Source: the human T2T-CHM13v2.0 reference genome, Homo sapiens
Assembly (NCBI RefSeq): GCF_009914755.1
Contig: NC_060940.1
Reading direction: 5' to 3' (one strand)
DNA length: 64,000 nucleotides
Positions 19,953 through 33,021 of this stretch are shown here, piece after piece; the stretch's first letter is position 1; each line of letters opens with the position of its first letter. A program made the translations under genes and the position numbers. Below the pieces are notes generated by a model. That model was not told the origin of the DNA and made no database searches. It saw only the letters and a list, made by a program, of their open reading frames with translations.

Positions 19953-21506
19953 GGGTATGCCTGAACTCAGCTGACGTTTGGGAAAAATCTTTCTCAATCT
20001 AGGAAAGAAAAGGAATCCTCTGGGTTACTTGCTTGTCAGGAAGAGAAAACCTGGGTCAAGTAGAAAATTGATTTTTTTCAAAAAAATATCTTTAGTAAAT
20101 GGAAACATCTTATATGTAAATGAGGAAAATTACTTCCTTCTTTGTTGCATGCATCTCATAATATCCCCACACTCCCAAATATGTTATTAGATAATTTTGT
20201 ACAGTCTGCATTTTATCCAGGGGTTAATGAATTCCTAAATATATTTTTAATTGTGTATATTTAGGTTTATATTGTCCATCACAAAATTATGAGCTGGGAC
20301 AAATTAATTGTGTCTTGTCTCAACCATTGCATATCACTAAAATAGTCTTAACTCTTCTTAAACAAGGCCTGTTTTACTTATTTCACACCCACTCTCTAAA
20401 TTCCTGGAATATCCTCTCTGTTTACCTGAGTATAGTTTTGACTTTTACAGAATTTCAAATAAATGAAACTATACAGTGCAATTGAAATGACTTCACTGAA
20501 GAAAGTGGAAAATGAGGTTCCTGAAGTAAGCAACTTTGAAAATGAGGTGGTTCTCTAAGTTTAAATTGTAAAGAAATCACACATAAGTACTCTATCTAGT
20601 AGATAAACATGTTTCCTACAAGGGTACAGCTTCTCATTTCTGAAACCGCTATGTATGTGTCCTGAAATCGTGCAACTAAGTAATCAAATGGCATGTGGTT
20701 AGATGGGATTCCTCACTTTGTAGTGGATGGTTATGGACAGTCAAGAAAGGAAGGTTATAAAGGTCCATGTGGCAGCATAGTTGGGTGGAGAGACCAGTGT
20801 GTGCTCATTTTTAATGTAATCAAGTTACAGAAGATTAGGTACATAGTTTCAATGGGTCCATAAACATGATTCATATAAACATGCTCATTTACTAGAACAG
20901 AAGGTTGAGAGGTCCCAGAAGTACTTATACCACATTAGCAACACACATACCCATTATCACAATATTTTATTTTAACACTATTCTTTAAAATCAGAAACAA
21001 GCAATCTTTATATACATGGCTAATTCTATGTATGAAAAAGGTGATAAAGAGACAAGCTTAGAATCCATTTTAATATCAGGAAACAGGGAAGTGTTCAAAA
21101 ACAAAAGGATCAGCTTTGCTGTAAGGATGCAGGATCCAAACTAAATGAGCTCCCAGCACCTAATAAAGCTGTGGAGATTTGAACAAGAAAATGAATAATG
21201 TAGCATGGATCTTCTTCAGAGTATGAAACAGACATCCATAAACCAATATGGATGTTAATAGATGATTAAACAAAGAAACGATGGGAAGAAGAACACGTCT
21301 TCTTGTAGAAGTATTCCAAATATCTCAGGCAGATATTCCTCCAATCAATAGGTGAAGGCTAAACATTCATGAGTTGATTGTGTCCTGAGATTAGAGACAT
21401 GGAATAAATAATCACTATTAGTGTATTTTATAATGAGACTTCAGATATAATGCCAAATACATGATCTATGAATGAATAATTTTTTATGTTTTTTGTCTAA
21501 ATTTGT

Positions 21507-21507
<1 letters not shown>

Positions 21508-21539
<32 letters not shown>
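21508..21539. repeat. (CA)16 microsatellite
   Basis: Directly visible. Confidence 0.95.
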
Positions 21540-21542
<3 letters not shown>

Positions 21543-22160
21543 TTTTTGAAATACCCACTGATAAGAGAGAAAAAGGCAACCACAGACTGGGAGAAAATAC
21601 TTCCAAGTCATATATTTGTTAAATCAATTCTTTCAATTTGTTAAATGACTTTTATAATCAATATGCAAGTAAACTTACAACTAATGAAAAGAAAACAATG
21701 GAGATAAAAATGAACCAAATATCAGGAAAGGCATCTCAGCAAAAATTATATAAAAATTGTTTAATATAAATTTTTTTATTTGGGACATGTGCATTTAAAT
21801 AAATATTAGATGCCATTACTCACCTATCAGCATGGCTAAAACTCACAATACTCATGATGATAAATGGTAACATGAATGTGGAAAAACAAGAAATGTCATG
21901 CATTGATGGTGGGGATTCAAAACGTTACATGCACAAAATGAGATTTTTTGGCATTATTTAAATAGAGATAAAAGTAGAGTTAAAATGTGAACTTGTGCTT
22001 GTGTTCCGAAGTATTTACAACGTTGATTCAGAAATTGATGTTTACAAAGATTGATTCAGAGGAAGTTCTGTATCAGATTTGTTAATGTGATTCATTCTAC
22101 AATCCCTGAAATTTGCTTGCAGAATAAATGTTGTATGAAAAATATCTCAAATAACTAAAA

Positions 22161-22445
22161 TCCTGTCCACTCAAGCCCTTGTCCAGGGGCCCATCGCACC
22201 CAGTGCAAGTAGCAGTAGGTGAAGGTGTATCCAGAAGCCTGGCAGGAGAACACTGAGGCCCCAGGCTTCTTCACCTCAGCCCCAGACTGCACCAGCTGCA
22301 CCAGGAAGTGGGCACCTGTGGGGAGGACACAGGATGGATGAAAGCCCCCTTGACTGGACTCAATCCCCTCCTCATTACTGGGACCTGGGAACCCCTTACC
22401 TGTGGCTGCTGCCACCAAGAAGAGGATCTTGCAGGTCCAGCCAAT
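22161..22445 (-). pseudogene. IGHV1 pseudogene, 3'-truncated after FR2 (IGHV1-12-like orphon)
   Basis: ATG>ATT at 22445, leader to 22400, V exon from 22315 [48 protein letters not shown], then stop; CDR2, FR3 and RSS absent. Confidence 0.9.
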
Positions 22446-22500
22446 GGTGAGATGTACTCTCAGGGGATTCTCTCAGGTGATTCTCTCAGGGCACAGAACA

Positions 22501-22533
22501 TATTTACCTCAGTGGATATCAGTATATTTGCAT
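22501..22533 (-). promoter_or_regulatory. VH1 promoter (octamer plus TAAATA)
   Basis: ATGCAAAT at 22526-22533; TAAATA at 22501-22506. Confidence 0.82.
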
Positions 22534-23703
22534 ATTCATAAGACAAAGCCTTTCTTAACTCAAAGCCCAATCCGTGATAAGAAAGGGAAGATAAATGACA
22601 CATCAGCCTTACAAGAGTGAGATGAAGATGGTCGAAGTCCTAATCCTGCTTGAGGAAATGCATGCCCTGCTCCATTTACAAACATTTGTGGACAGACATC
22701 CTTTCACTGAAGAATAAGCCCGTATAGAACAGGCTCCTCACTGTAAGCCTATATTTGATTAGCATAGAGACCACCTAGATCATTTTTGGAACCATCACTC
22801 TCCATCACACTGAGCAGGTGCCTTGGTCTTTTCCTGGACCCATCAGGCACCAGCACAGCTCATTGGTGACTCTGAGAAAGTGACGCTTATGTCCCACATG
22901 AGTGTCCAGGAGGGACCTCTGAGATCTACTGGGTGCTCCTGAGACACTGTCTCCAGCACCTGACTCATGTCCTGATCCCCCAGGATCTTCAATTCTATTG
23001 AACACTGTTGGTTTACAGATTTGCCCTGTGATGCATAATTAGAGCTGATTTTCTCATCTCACAGACAATGGGAATCAGAAGAAGATAAAGCAGGAGTTTG
23101 GAGTCCATTATGAACTCTCTACTCCCAAAGTAATTGTCAAGGAATTTGTGTTTAGAACAATTTTGGGTTATTTTTGAACTCCACTTATTAGTATTTTGTC
23201 AAGTATTTACATACTTTCAGTTCATATCCACAGACCCTCACCTTTCCATATTGATTTCTGACTCACTTGGTCTGTGCACCTGCCACACTCTCAGATCCAC
23301 TACTGCCCTGTCACTCATACAATGTAAGCAACATTACTTAACACTGAAATCTGAATTTCTTATTCATAGGAATGAAGTTTCTTCAACTAATCTGTACCCA
23401 TAGAATTAGTAAAAACATGCCCATCCTTCATATTCTCACTACTAAGATATTATAGTTCTAGAAACCCACTTCAAAAAATAGTTCTCAGTGCCTTAAGTTA
23501 TATGAATGGTTTTGATGTGATAGAATATTTAAAGCACGTCAGCGACTTTTTGAACAGTTATTTTAGATGTTTTTTCCTGACAAAGGAAAACCCAGGCCCT
23601 GAGAGGAAACTTCCACCCCAGCTGTGCACCTGCTCCAGGGCTGGAACCTGTGCTTGGTGGCTCCCAAGTGCCCCCTTTCACCCAGGCTCTTGCCTTGCAA
23701 TGA

Positions 23704-24149
23704 GGTTTCTGTCGGGGCTCACAGATATTTTCCTTCAGAGTCTCTAGCCCAGCATGAAGTGGCTGTGTCCTGATTTAGAATTCTCTGCCAGTGACACCAT
23801 ATGCTGCCGACACCATGTCTTTTAACAATTGATTAGCCTCACTAAACCTACTGAGGGATACCCACAGAAAAGATTCTATGACTCAGAAGGGAGTCCCTTT
23901 TCTGAAGCTTCACATTTCCTGAATCAGTGGACACATAATGAATACAAAAACTTGTAGGATTTGGGGAATGCCTAGTTTCTTCGTTGGGCTCCTGCAGTTG
24001 AATGTTGCATCTGAGAATATCTGCAGGTACAGATACATTCAGAATAAAGACACCTTTGTATATGCTATTCCAATAACACATATTCTCCTTTCTTACTATT
24101 TTCTAGCCTATAAAAGCGCCTCCTACACAGACACTAGGCCTAGGTTTAT
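23704..24149 (-). pseudogene. Highly decayed VH relic (leader, intron, V exon, RSS remnant)
   Basis: Donor gtaag at 24096, acceptor cctgcag at 24021, IQLQE, QDTATSCWAR, degenerate heptamer GACTCTG + exact 23 bp + ACAGAAACC. Confidence 0.65.
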
Positions 24150-26569
24150 GGCTTTTTTCTCTTAGCGATCTAAGGCAAACAGAATACAAGTGGAGACTTG
24201 GGAAGTGCATGAATATTTTTTCTCAGCTAGGAACCCTGAAAATGCCCCATGATAAAAGAATCTGAGGTCAATGGATTTGCCAAGACCTTGTCTTCAAAAA
24301 ATTTATGTCAGAGGCTTCAGATTTTCCTACTGTCCTTGTCTTTTTCTCTGCCATTGTCTTTCAGTTTCCCTATGTTCTCCTCCTCAGATAGAGTCTGTGC
24401 ACTGCCACACTTTCATCTTTAACCCAGATTATACTGGTGAGAAAACAAAGTGTGCATCCTGGAAGTATTATATGTTCTTACAATTGATTCTTAATAATTC
24501 AATCATCCTTTTTTTCTCTGGGCTGTGACCTATATGCAGAGTCTCCAGAAATGAAACTGATGCTTTCCCTTTTCTGGCTATAATATTATAGGATTATTTC
24601 AGTATCGGCTAATTTTATCCACTTTCATGATAAAGGAAGGCTGCTGGGAGGGTCTGTAATGGAGATGGACTACCTTACCCAATACAGATAAGGTTCTAGA
24701 TATGTCTTTCCCCTGGATGGTCTATCTGGAGAAATGTACGTGTGTATTTCTCAGAGATTAGGTCTTTGGATGATTTATCCAGGAAAGGATCTATGTCGAT
24801 TTTCACTCGAAGAACCTGGAGGTTCCTGGAGCAAATAAGCACAAGAGTGTGAGGTGTGGGCCCTCTAAGATCTCTCACCCTCACACTAGTTCAGACATGC
24901 CCTTTATGTTTACATAGTTCAGATTTACATATAACATACCACACAGCCAGGCCCATCTAAATTGCCACATGCTCATTTAAACTCATCGGAGCAGCAGCTG
25001 AGTGTAATCATCACATTGAACTCAGAGAAACCTGGGTCCAATACACTGTTTATTATAGCTCAGAGAAGCATCACTGAGTCCCTTGAGTGGATGTTTCTTC
25101 CCTGAAAGAGCTTCACTACCAAGTATACTAAAGAGTTGCTATGGAGCCACTGTGGGGTTGGATTTCTTTCTGTCAGCCTGTCATGCAGGGTGTTTTGAGT
25201 GATGCAGACCTTTATACTTAGATGTTAATCATTCCCAGTATTGTTGAAATGGCTGGCCACCCCCTGTCCTCTTTCTCCCCTCCACTCACCTGAATGTCTC
25301 CAAAAACCCCATGAACCTAAGGATTCTCTTTTCCATGGATGACTCTGAGGATTCTCAATCTGGTCAGTGCCACAGTCAGAGGCAGCTAATGGAGGATTCT
25401 CAGTCCGCTAATATGTTGAGCCCATAATTTAGGATACATATCCAAGAGTGGCCAATTCATGTCAGTGCCAATCCACATTTAATTCAAGGGGCATGATTTT
25501 CAGTGCATTGAAGTTTAAAAGCTTCATCATTCTTAATAGAGGCACAAACTGAATGGTTTGCTGAAGAAGTGAGTTCATGGTTAGAAGAAAGCTGACTGCA
25601 CCCAGGCAGAGTCTCTTTAAGTAAAACACCTGAAATGTGATGTCCTGAAACCTTGTGAAAATTCATTTCCTTGAGTAAAAAAACAGGAAAGCTATTCTCA
25701 AATCATTGGGAGAAAACTTATCAGAAATTTTATGAACACACCAGTTGAATTACAGTAAGTCAATCCTTGGGTTTATGTTTCACAACTCAAGAAGCAATAA
25801 AGAAATCTACATAATTGGAAGGCTGCTCCAACAGAGAGAATTTTGAACTATTTAATCAATAGACCAGTATTCGTTCAAAGACACTCTCCTATGGAATCTG
25901 CAACTTAAACAGATCTCTGCAACCTGGAAAAATTTTCTCACTTATTTTTCTCTAGACATCCATAAATGCAAAAACACATTTTGTGTGTATATGCATGAGT
26001 GATCTATAGAAATACTTTGCATATTAATGAAAGTTTGGAAAAATGATAACTTCATCACTTATTGTGAACTCACACTTCACTGGTTTCCAAAATTCTCCAC
26101 CTGTGTCATGGGGCAATGGGTGCCTCTGAGTATATGCTGATTTTCAGACTGAACATGTTCTCCACTCCTCACTTGACTTCTTGGTTTCTCACTCACACTG
26201 ATGTCTCTGTGAATGAAAACCCAACACTGATATCCAGCAGATTTTCCTCTTACAAGATTCATATTCTCTCTATCTCTTTCTTTCTCTGCATGTCTCTAAC
26301 TCCCTATTTTTCTGTGCCATTACTATTTATTACTGAATCATCCTGAATCCTGTCAACAGACTCCATCTCACATTCTGCAAATATTCTGCCTTAAAGATAA
26401 TTAGGGGCAAACTCATCCTTGCCCAAGGTGGGAAAACTTTCTGGACTTCCACTAGGTTTATTAGAGCCTCATATGAGAACCATGATCAAACACTATGTGT
26501 TTTTGGATTATACCTCAAATCTAAAACTGTTCTTCATAGTGGCTATGACATTCTACATTCCCATCATTA

Positions 26570-26857
26570 CCATTATGCAAAACAGTGTGGTGGCTTCTAA
26601 ATAAATTAAAACAGACATACCATATGACCAGCGATCCAGCTTATGGAAATATACCCAAATGGGATGAAATTACCACCTTGTGAAGATACCTGCTCTCCTG
26701 TGATTATTGTAGCATTATTCACAACAGCCAAGATATGGAAACTAAGTGTCTGTCGATGGACAAATGGATAAAGACAATGTGGTATGTGTACACAATATAA
26801 CATGATTCTGCCTTATAAAATAAAGAGATGCTGCCATTTTCCACAAGATGAATGGAT
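26570..26857 (+). mobile_element. L1M 3' fragment abutting the truncated IGHV(II)
   Basis: catatgaccagcgatcc...gcattattcacaacagccaagatatggaa (L1 ORF2 end). Confidence 0.75.
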
Positions 26858-27167
26858 TCCCACCACCTCTAGCAATGCATTTTACCCATTTCAGCCCCTC
26901 CCTGGGAGCTGGCAGATCCAGGCCCAGTAGTAAGGACTGGTTGTGATGGAGTGGCCAGAAACAGTGCAGGTGATGCAGAGGGGCAGTGCAGGCTCTTCAG
27001 GTCCAGGGCTGACTCCTGCAGCTGCTCCTGGGACAGGGCATGTGAGTACATGGGGAATCAGTCCCTGTCAGTCACATGTACCTACACTCACCCCATAGAC
27101 CCACATCTGAGACACTCACCCTGGGGGAGCCGTCACCAGGCACAGGAGAAGACAGACATAATGCCAT
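26858..27167 (-). pseudogene. IGHV clan II (IGHV4-related) pseudogene fragment
   Basis: Leader ...LLCLVTAP.. with gtgag donor (27119), acceptor AG>AC, QEQLQES, frameshift, then [27 protein letters not shown]; cut off by L1. Confidence 0.85.
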
Positions 27168-29191
27168 CTTCTTCGTGAACACAACTCTGCATTCCCCAGA
27201 TACCTTAGCCCTGCCTGAGGGGAGAGCTGTTAGCTTCCACAGTCCAAAAGCATTTTATACCCTGGAGCCTAAAGGATAGTTTGGATGTGGCAAGGCCTTG
27301 TACTTATACGAGAGAAGGACATAGGTCTGACTCCCTGTGGGTTTGAATATGTTTTATTGTTGTCTGTCTGTTTTCAGGTTGACATGAAGCACTTCCTTGC
27401 CAAAAACTACAGTCATGACATTTAATAAAATTTGCTTTATTCCTATTTTCCCACCTGTGACATTTGACCTTCTGTATCGAGTGAGCAATGTGCATACCTT
27501 ACAGGAGAAATTACAAAATAATTCTCTAAGTCATCAGTATCACACGAATGCTACCCTGTCCTTACTGCCAAATATCTTCTGGAAAAATTTAAGTAAAAAT
27601 AAATGACAAGTTGCATTCTTAAATTGAAAGTAGCATAACATTCAGAAACTCATGAAATCCCTTTGCCAAAGGTACTCCCACTAGAACTTAACAGCCCATG
27701 GTCTGCTTCCTCAAGGGCAAAGACAATATCACCCTATGACTTGATTCATCAAAAGCCCATGTATTTTCCATTTTACCTTCAGCATTATACTCTGATTTAT
27801 CACATGCCAATACAGCGAAGTATTTTAGGGGATCGATGTGCTATGCAGAAATATTCAACAGGATGTTAAAAATGTCCTAAATAGCTTCTTTACTGCCATC
27901 AACTTGTAAATTATTTATTTTCCAAGAGACATCGGAGAAAAACAGTCACAAACATTGTAAAAGGGGCTAATTACAATTAACAACAAATGCAGCAGTGACT
28001 CCAGGATGTCAATCCATAGGTTTATGAGTGAAAATGAGGTGGGTTACATAAATTGTTTTGAGAGTATTTTCCTTGCTTGTAGAGTCAATACCAAGGTTGG
28101 CATCAATATAGGGTTAAACAGTGATTTTCTGGGAAGATGTCCTTGTAGAAGTGATTTTTATAAGGTCATGGTGGCTTCTATCAAAGGTTGTGGTTAAGCA
28201 GAATCCATTCATGGTCGTTCTTGTTATCAGGAGTATGTGCATGGGAAACCTCCTTCATGGTCATTCCTAGTTCCATTTGTCAGGGTTTTAACACAAGTGG
28301 ATCTATTTTGATTCTGACAACTTTCACAGCCTCTTTCTAACACTACTGGTGAGGAAGGTGACTCACTCTGTGGTACTTTGCACAGCACAGGATAAATTTC
28401 ACATCCACATCCCATTTTGACCACACAAGCTCATCCTCTTCACTACTGTTGGCCACTTGCATTCCCAGGTGAGTCTCCACATGACACACTGGAGGGTGCT
28501 GAGCAATGGGAGAGAGGAAAGTCCTATCAGCCTCTCCCATATGGCTGCAGGAGCCACAGCCTGAGCCCCACCTCAGCTGCAGGGAATGGGCTTGAGACCT
28601 CGAGCTTTGGCAGCAAGAACCACATCCCCACTTTACAGGAAGCACAAACAGCACAAGGAAGAGCAAGAACAACAACAACAAATAAAAAGAAATAGAGTGG
28701 GCTAAGAGCAAAAGGGGCCCCAGATCAGTGCTGATACTAAGTTGCATACTTTAGTGTCAGGAGAAGGGTCAGGCATGAAAACTGTGAGGTTCTACATGAC
28801 ACTGACCCTGGCCCAGACTCTATTGGCTGTGATCACAATTCCTAAAGACCGTCCTAGTCAGGGAATCTCACTGAGGTTTCTGTTCTGAGTCTGACTGGAG
28901 AAGACTCACCAGGTATCCCTGAGTTTCCTCAATACTCTGATCCTGGTGACAATGGTTGAGGGCTTTTCATCTCCGTAAGCATCAATCTGTGTTTTGTGCA
29001 TAGGAGAATAGGTTTTCATATTAAAATAATCATTTTAAAAATATGTAGAGATGACATTGGTAAGCACAGAATTCTGAACTTAGAGAGATTCCCTAGAGAA
29101 ACTCTAAAAAGATGAAGTCCCACATCCTGACAGGAAACCAGCCTCCATCTGCAACTTGCCTCTGGGGATGACTCTGATCAGTGGGTTCTGT

Positions 29192-29205
29192 GCGCCCCCC
29201 GCAGC
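29192..29205 (-). promoter_or_regulatory. Degenerate RSS-proximal CTCF element of IGHV3 gene 2
   Basis: Minus strand GCTGCGGGGGGCGC, 27 bp 3' of the nonamer. Confidence 0.5.
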
Positions 29206-29232
29206 TGATTTCCCCCAAGCATTCTGCAGAGA

Positions 29233-29271
29233 GGTTTGTGTCTGGGCTCACACTGACTTCCCCTCACTGTG
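29233..29271 (-). promoter_or_regulatory. Canonical VH3-type 23-RSS
   Basis: CACAGTG (29265-29271), 23 bp, ACACAAACC (29233-29241). Confidence 0.95.
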
Positions 29272-29728
29272 TCTCTTGCACAGTAATACACAGCCATGTC
29301 CTCGGCTCTCAGGCTGTTCATTTGAAGATACAAGGAGTTCTTGGCATTGTCTCTGGAGATGGTGAATCGGCCCTTCACGGAGTCTGCATAGTATGTGCCA
29401 CCACCAGCACCAATAGCTGATACCCACTCCAGACCTTTTCCTGGAGCCTGGCGAACCCAGTGCATAGCATAGCTACTGAAGGTGAATCCAGAGCCTGCAC
29501 AGGAGAGTCTCAGGGACCCCCAGGCTGTACCAAGCCTCCCCCAGACTGCACCAGCTGAACCTCACACTGGACACCTGCAAACAGAGAGACACAAAGGTCA
29601 GAAATTGCCACACATCACATACCCACTGTTTCTCTCATTCATGCCCATTCACACTCAATATCTCTAGTTCTCCATGAATCACCCTTTAATATAGCAACAA
29701 GGAAAACCCAGCTCAGCACAAACTCCAT
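29272..29728 (-). pseudogene. IGHV3OR16-11: IGHV3-13-like orphon pseudogene with a 1-bp FR1 frameshift; leader 29728-29683, V exon 29574-29272
   Basis: MEFVLSWVFLVAILKG|[18 protein letters not shown], then G5 instead of G6 (C-run 29517-29521) gives an immediate TGA; the downstream frame is intact ([39 protein letters not shown]...YYCAR). Symbol from recollection. Confidence 0.82.
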
Positions 29729-29860
29729 GGTGATTCCTGTGTGTTCAGTCCTGATCACTGAATGGAAACACCTGGGAATCCCAAGTGTTTCCCAGGGGCT
29801 CCACTCCCAGAGCTGCAGGGTCAGGGCTGGGCTGGTTTTCATCAGGAGAGGGAGGGCTCT

Positions 29861-29868
29861 ATTTGCAT
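29861..29868 (-). promoter_or_regulatory. VH promoter octamer
   Basis: ATGCAAAT 133 bp upstream of the ATG. Confidence 0.88.
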
Positions 29869-31033
29869 GTCACCTACTATATAGCAAGCTATGGGGTGGG
29901 ACTCCTGAGGAAAGGGCAGGGCCCAGAGTAGATGAGAGCGTCCTGGGGGATTTTGATGACAATGATTGTGTTTGGGAAAATGCTGTCTTAATGTGAAATT
30001 GTTGTGCGATAAACATTTAACAACTATCATATTTTTAATTATTTTTACCTATGTGTATAAATGATGTTATTTAGCAGTCAGTGGTTTCTTTGTTTACAGA
30101 TGTAAAAGTGAACCCACACATGGAGGGGCTATGTATGTGTCTAAGGGCTTATGTCTAGCATGAGTGAGTCCTAGTACCTGGGCCTATGCTCCTCACAGCT
30201 GGCCTCAATTGCTCTCTTAACCAACTATTGGACAGAGCTAAATGGGCCTAGTGTGGTTTGCAGAATCCACTTCCTGCCACGAGAACCTGTGTGATTTTGC
30301 TGCATTTACCTAAAAATACGGAAACATCTAGGCATCAGGCAGATAAATTTTTGGTGTATCTGATATTTAATGTATTCATTTGTTCCTTCTTATCATCCCT
30401 TTTTTGTCTAAAATTTCACTTGTTTACTTGTAATACATTTTATGAGTTTTAATTGACAGATGATAAAATTCACATATTTAACCTGCACAATAGTAAACTT
30501 TGATAAAGAAAATCTCTATTTTCAAGAAGGTGACAAGTCAACTCACCTCAGAATTCCTCTTGCTCTTTTACAGACATATTTTTGTTTTTCTCCTCTTTTC
30601 TTCTACCATTTCTTTATAAAAGTACTGATGTTTTCATATTTCTTTAGACTAGTTTTTATTCTCTAGAATTTATAAGAATGAAATAATATAGTATGTACTC
30701 TTATCTATTTGGCTTATTTTTCTCAGTAGAAATACTGAGAATTAAACCTTTTATGTTGTATTGTTTATTTTTTAATAAATAATAGGTAGCATTTCAGCAA
30801 ACAAATGTAGCATAATTTGTTTTTCTAAGTTGCTAATTGGTATTCAAACTTTTCATTACTTTGGGTCTTACTAATAAATCTGCTACTCAATTTGGTAATG
30901 TACATAGATGATAAATTATATATAAAATATATTATTTTTGCAACAACAATAACACATAAACAAGAGAATGTGCTATTTGGCAAATTTTCTTTAGCATGTC
31001 AAATAATTGAAGTTATGAAACAAAAAACAAACC

Positions 31034-31635
31034 TGTAAACCAAAGAGTATCTGAGACTAATCTCAATAGATTTAGGAAGTTCATTTTCCAAGATTAAGGA
31101 CATGCCTGTGACACCGCCTCAGGGAGTCCTGATGATGTGTGCCCAAGCTTGTGGGCACAGCTTGGTTTTATACAATTTAGGGAGGCATGAGACATTAATC
31201 AATATATGTATATAAGATGTACATTGATTTAGTTCAGAAAGGCAGGACAACTTGAAGTGGGGAGAGGGCTTCTAGATCATAGGTAGGTTTGAGAGAAATG
31301 GTTGCATTATTTGAGTTTCTGATTAGCCTTTAACTGAATGCACAATTTACAGGAATAGTCACGTAGGCCTTAATCTGGCTTAGTGAAACAATAGAGCAAA
31401 GGGAGCAATCAGATATGCATTTAACTTACATGAGCAGAGAAATGACTCTGTCTGTCTTTGGCCCACAAGGATTTTACTTGTGGTCAAATTTTGAAGGAGG
31501 TCTGTAGCTTTTAAAAACCTTAGTAGCTATCATTTTAGTGAAATAATGGAGATGGATTTGCCCTAAACAGTTTTCAGCTTGACTTCCCTTCGGCTTAGTG
31601 ATTTGGTGGTCCCAAAGGTTTATTTTCCTTTCAGG
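31034..31635 (-). mobile_element. ERV1 solo LTR (MER4-like)
   Basis: tgtaaaccaaa...ggcttagtgatttggtggtcccaaaggtttattttcctttca matches MER4-type termini. Confidence 0.75.
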
Positions 31636-31831
31636 AACGTGGAAATCTTGAAAGAAATGAGTTCTTGTAGAGAGAAATGAAGCCATAGTGTTAGCTAAAC
31701 TGAGGCCAAGGCTGCCACATGAAATATAGCCTATTACAAGACAAAGCTACAAACGTGTTGGATTGCTTAAATTCCAGTGTGGTAAACGTGTTGTCATGTA
31801 AAATTCTCAGGAACCACATACTGAAGGGCAC

Positions 31832-32256
31832 TGATAAAGTGAATTAAATATGGCCTGAGAAGGACTCCGTACTTCTGTGTTTGAGTCCTTCTGGACAAAC
31901 TGTAACCTACCTGAATAGGTGGACAAGATTGAAAAGCCAACTTCAGCGCATGAGCCTGTAACAATAGCGGAGTCTTGGCCAATTCCAGCAGCCATACCTC
32001 AACCACTCATACACTCTTGAGTGTGCACATTTTGTTTAAATAAGACAAAAGCAACCTGTAACCAATCCAGCTGTTTCTGTACCTCACTTCTGATTTCTGT
32101 ACATCATTTTTCTAATCTATAAACCTTCTTCCACCACGTGACTGCACTGAAGTCTCTTTGAATCTGCTGCGATTCTGGGGGCTGCCCAATTCATGAATCA
32201 TCCATTGCTCAATTAATCTCATTAACCTTAATTTGGCTGAAGGTTTTCTATTATCC
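31832..32256 (+). mobile_element. ERV1 solo LTR (MER57-like)
   Basis: aaatatggcctgagaaggactccgtacttct..., CCAAT boxes, tccattgctcaattaa end. Confidence 0.7.
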
Positions 32257-33021
32257 GCATTCCTATACAATTGAATCCCTTTGTTCTAGAATGAGGACAC
32301 TCAGAAAAATCTTCCTTTCCCAAAGTGTCTGTCTGAGACAGAAGGAGAGCCCATACTACCGAAATGCGTTCAGACCCACCTCCCTCATCAGCACTACAGA
32401 ATAAAGGGATTACCTACCATACAGGGGCAAGCCACTGAAACCATGATTCCAGAGGCACTGGTGGAGCCCCAGAGGAAATGGGATAAAAACCAAGGTTCTC
32501 ACCAAAGTTCCATCGAAATGTACCTCCTCTCTGTCATGGAATCAAATCCTTAATCTCCAGGGCATCGCAGAAGATCAAGAAGACGATGATAATAGTAGAG
32601 ACTATTGGAGATGTGGGAGGGAACACCTGGGAAAAACAGGAGAAAATATATGTATTTAACTCAGTAGACTTCAAGCTATTTACATGTTAATTAACTGGAA
32701 TATTTCATAGCTAAATACCTGATCTAGCATGAGAAATAATAGAGATGACACATGGAGAATGCAACAGTGGGAAGCTGAGGTTCAAGTTCTGATGTTTGTT
32801 TACTGATATTTGTCCGCTGGCATGTCCAGAACTTCATCAGTACAGAACTCCTCTAATAGTGAAACAAACACTCACAGGACATGCATTTTTGTTTGAAATA
32901 AGTGTAATTCAGATGCTGGTAAATTTTCTCCTCAGACTCCTTTGCACCAGCTCCAGGGCTGACGTCTGTGTTGAGTGGGTTCTGGGCCTGCCCTGCAGCT
33001 CTGCCCTCACCCTGCTGGGGA

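Noticed and set aside
28340-28750. Possible V relic (leader-like gcactgatctgggg; tgtgcaaagtac-cacagag on the minus strand)
   Set aside because: No framework motifs or nonamer at proper spacing; the paralogous flank at ~14240-14650 does not keep these motifs.
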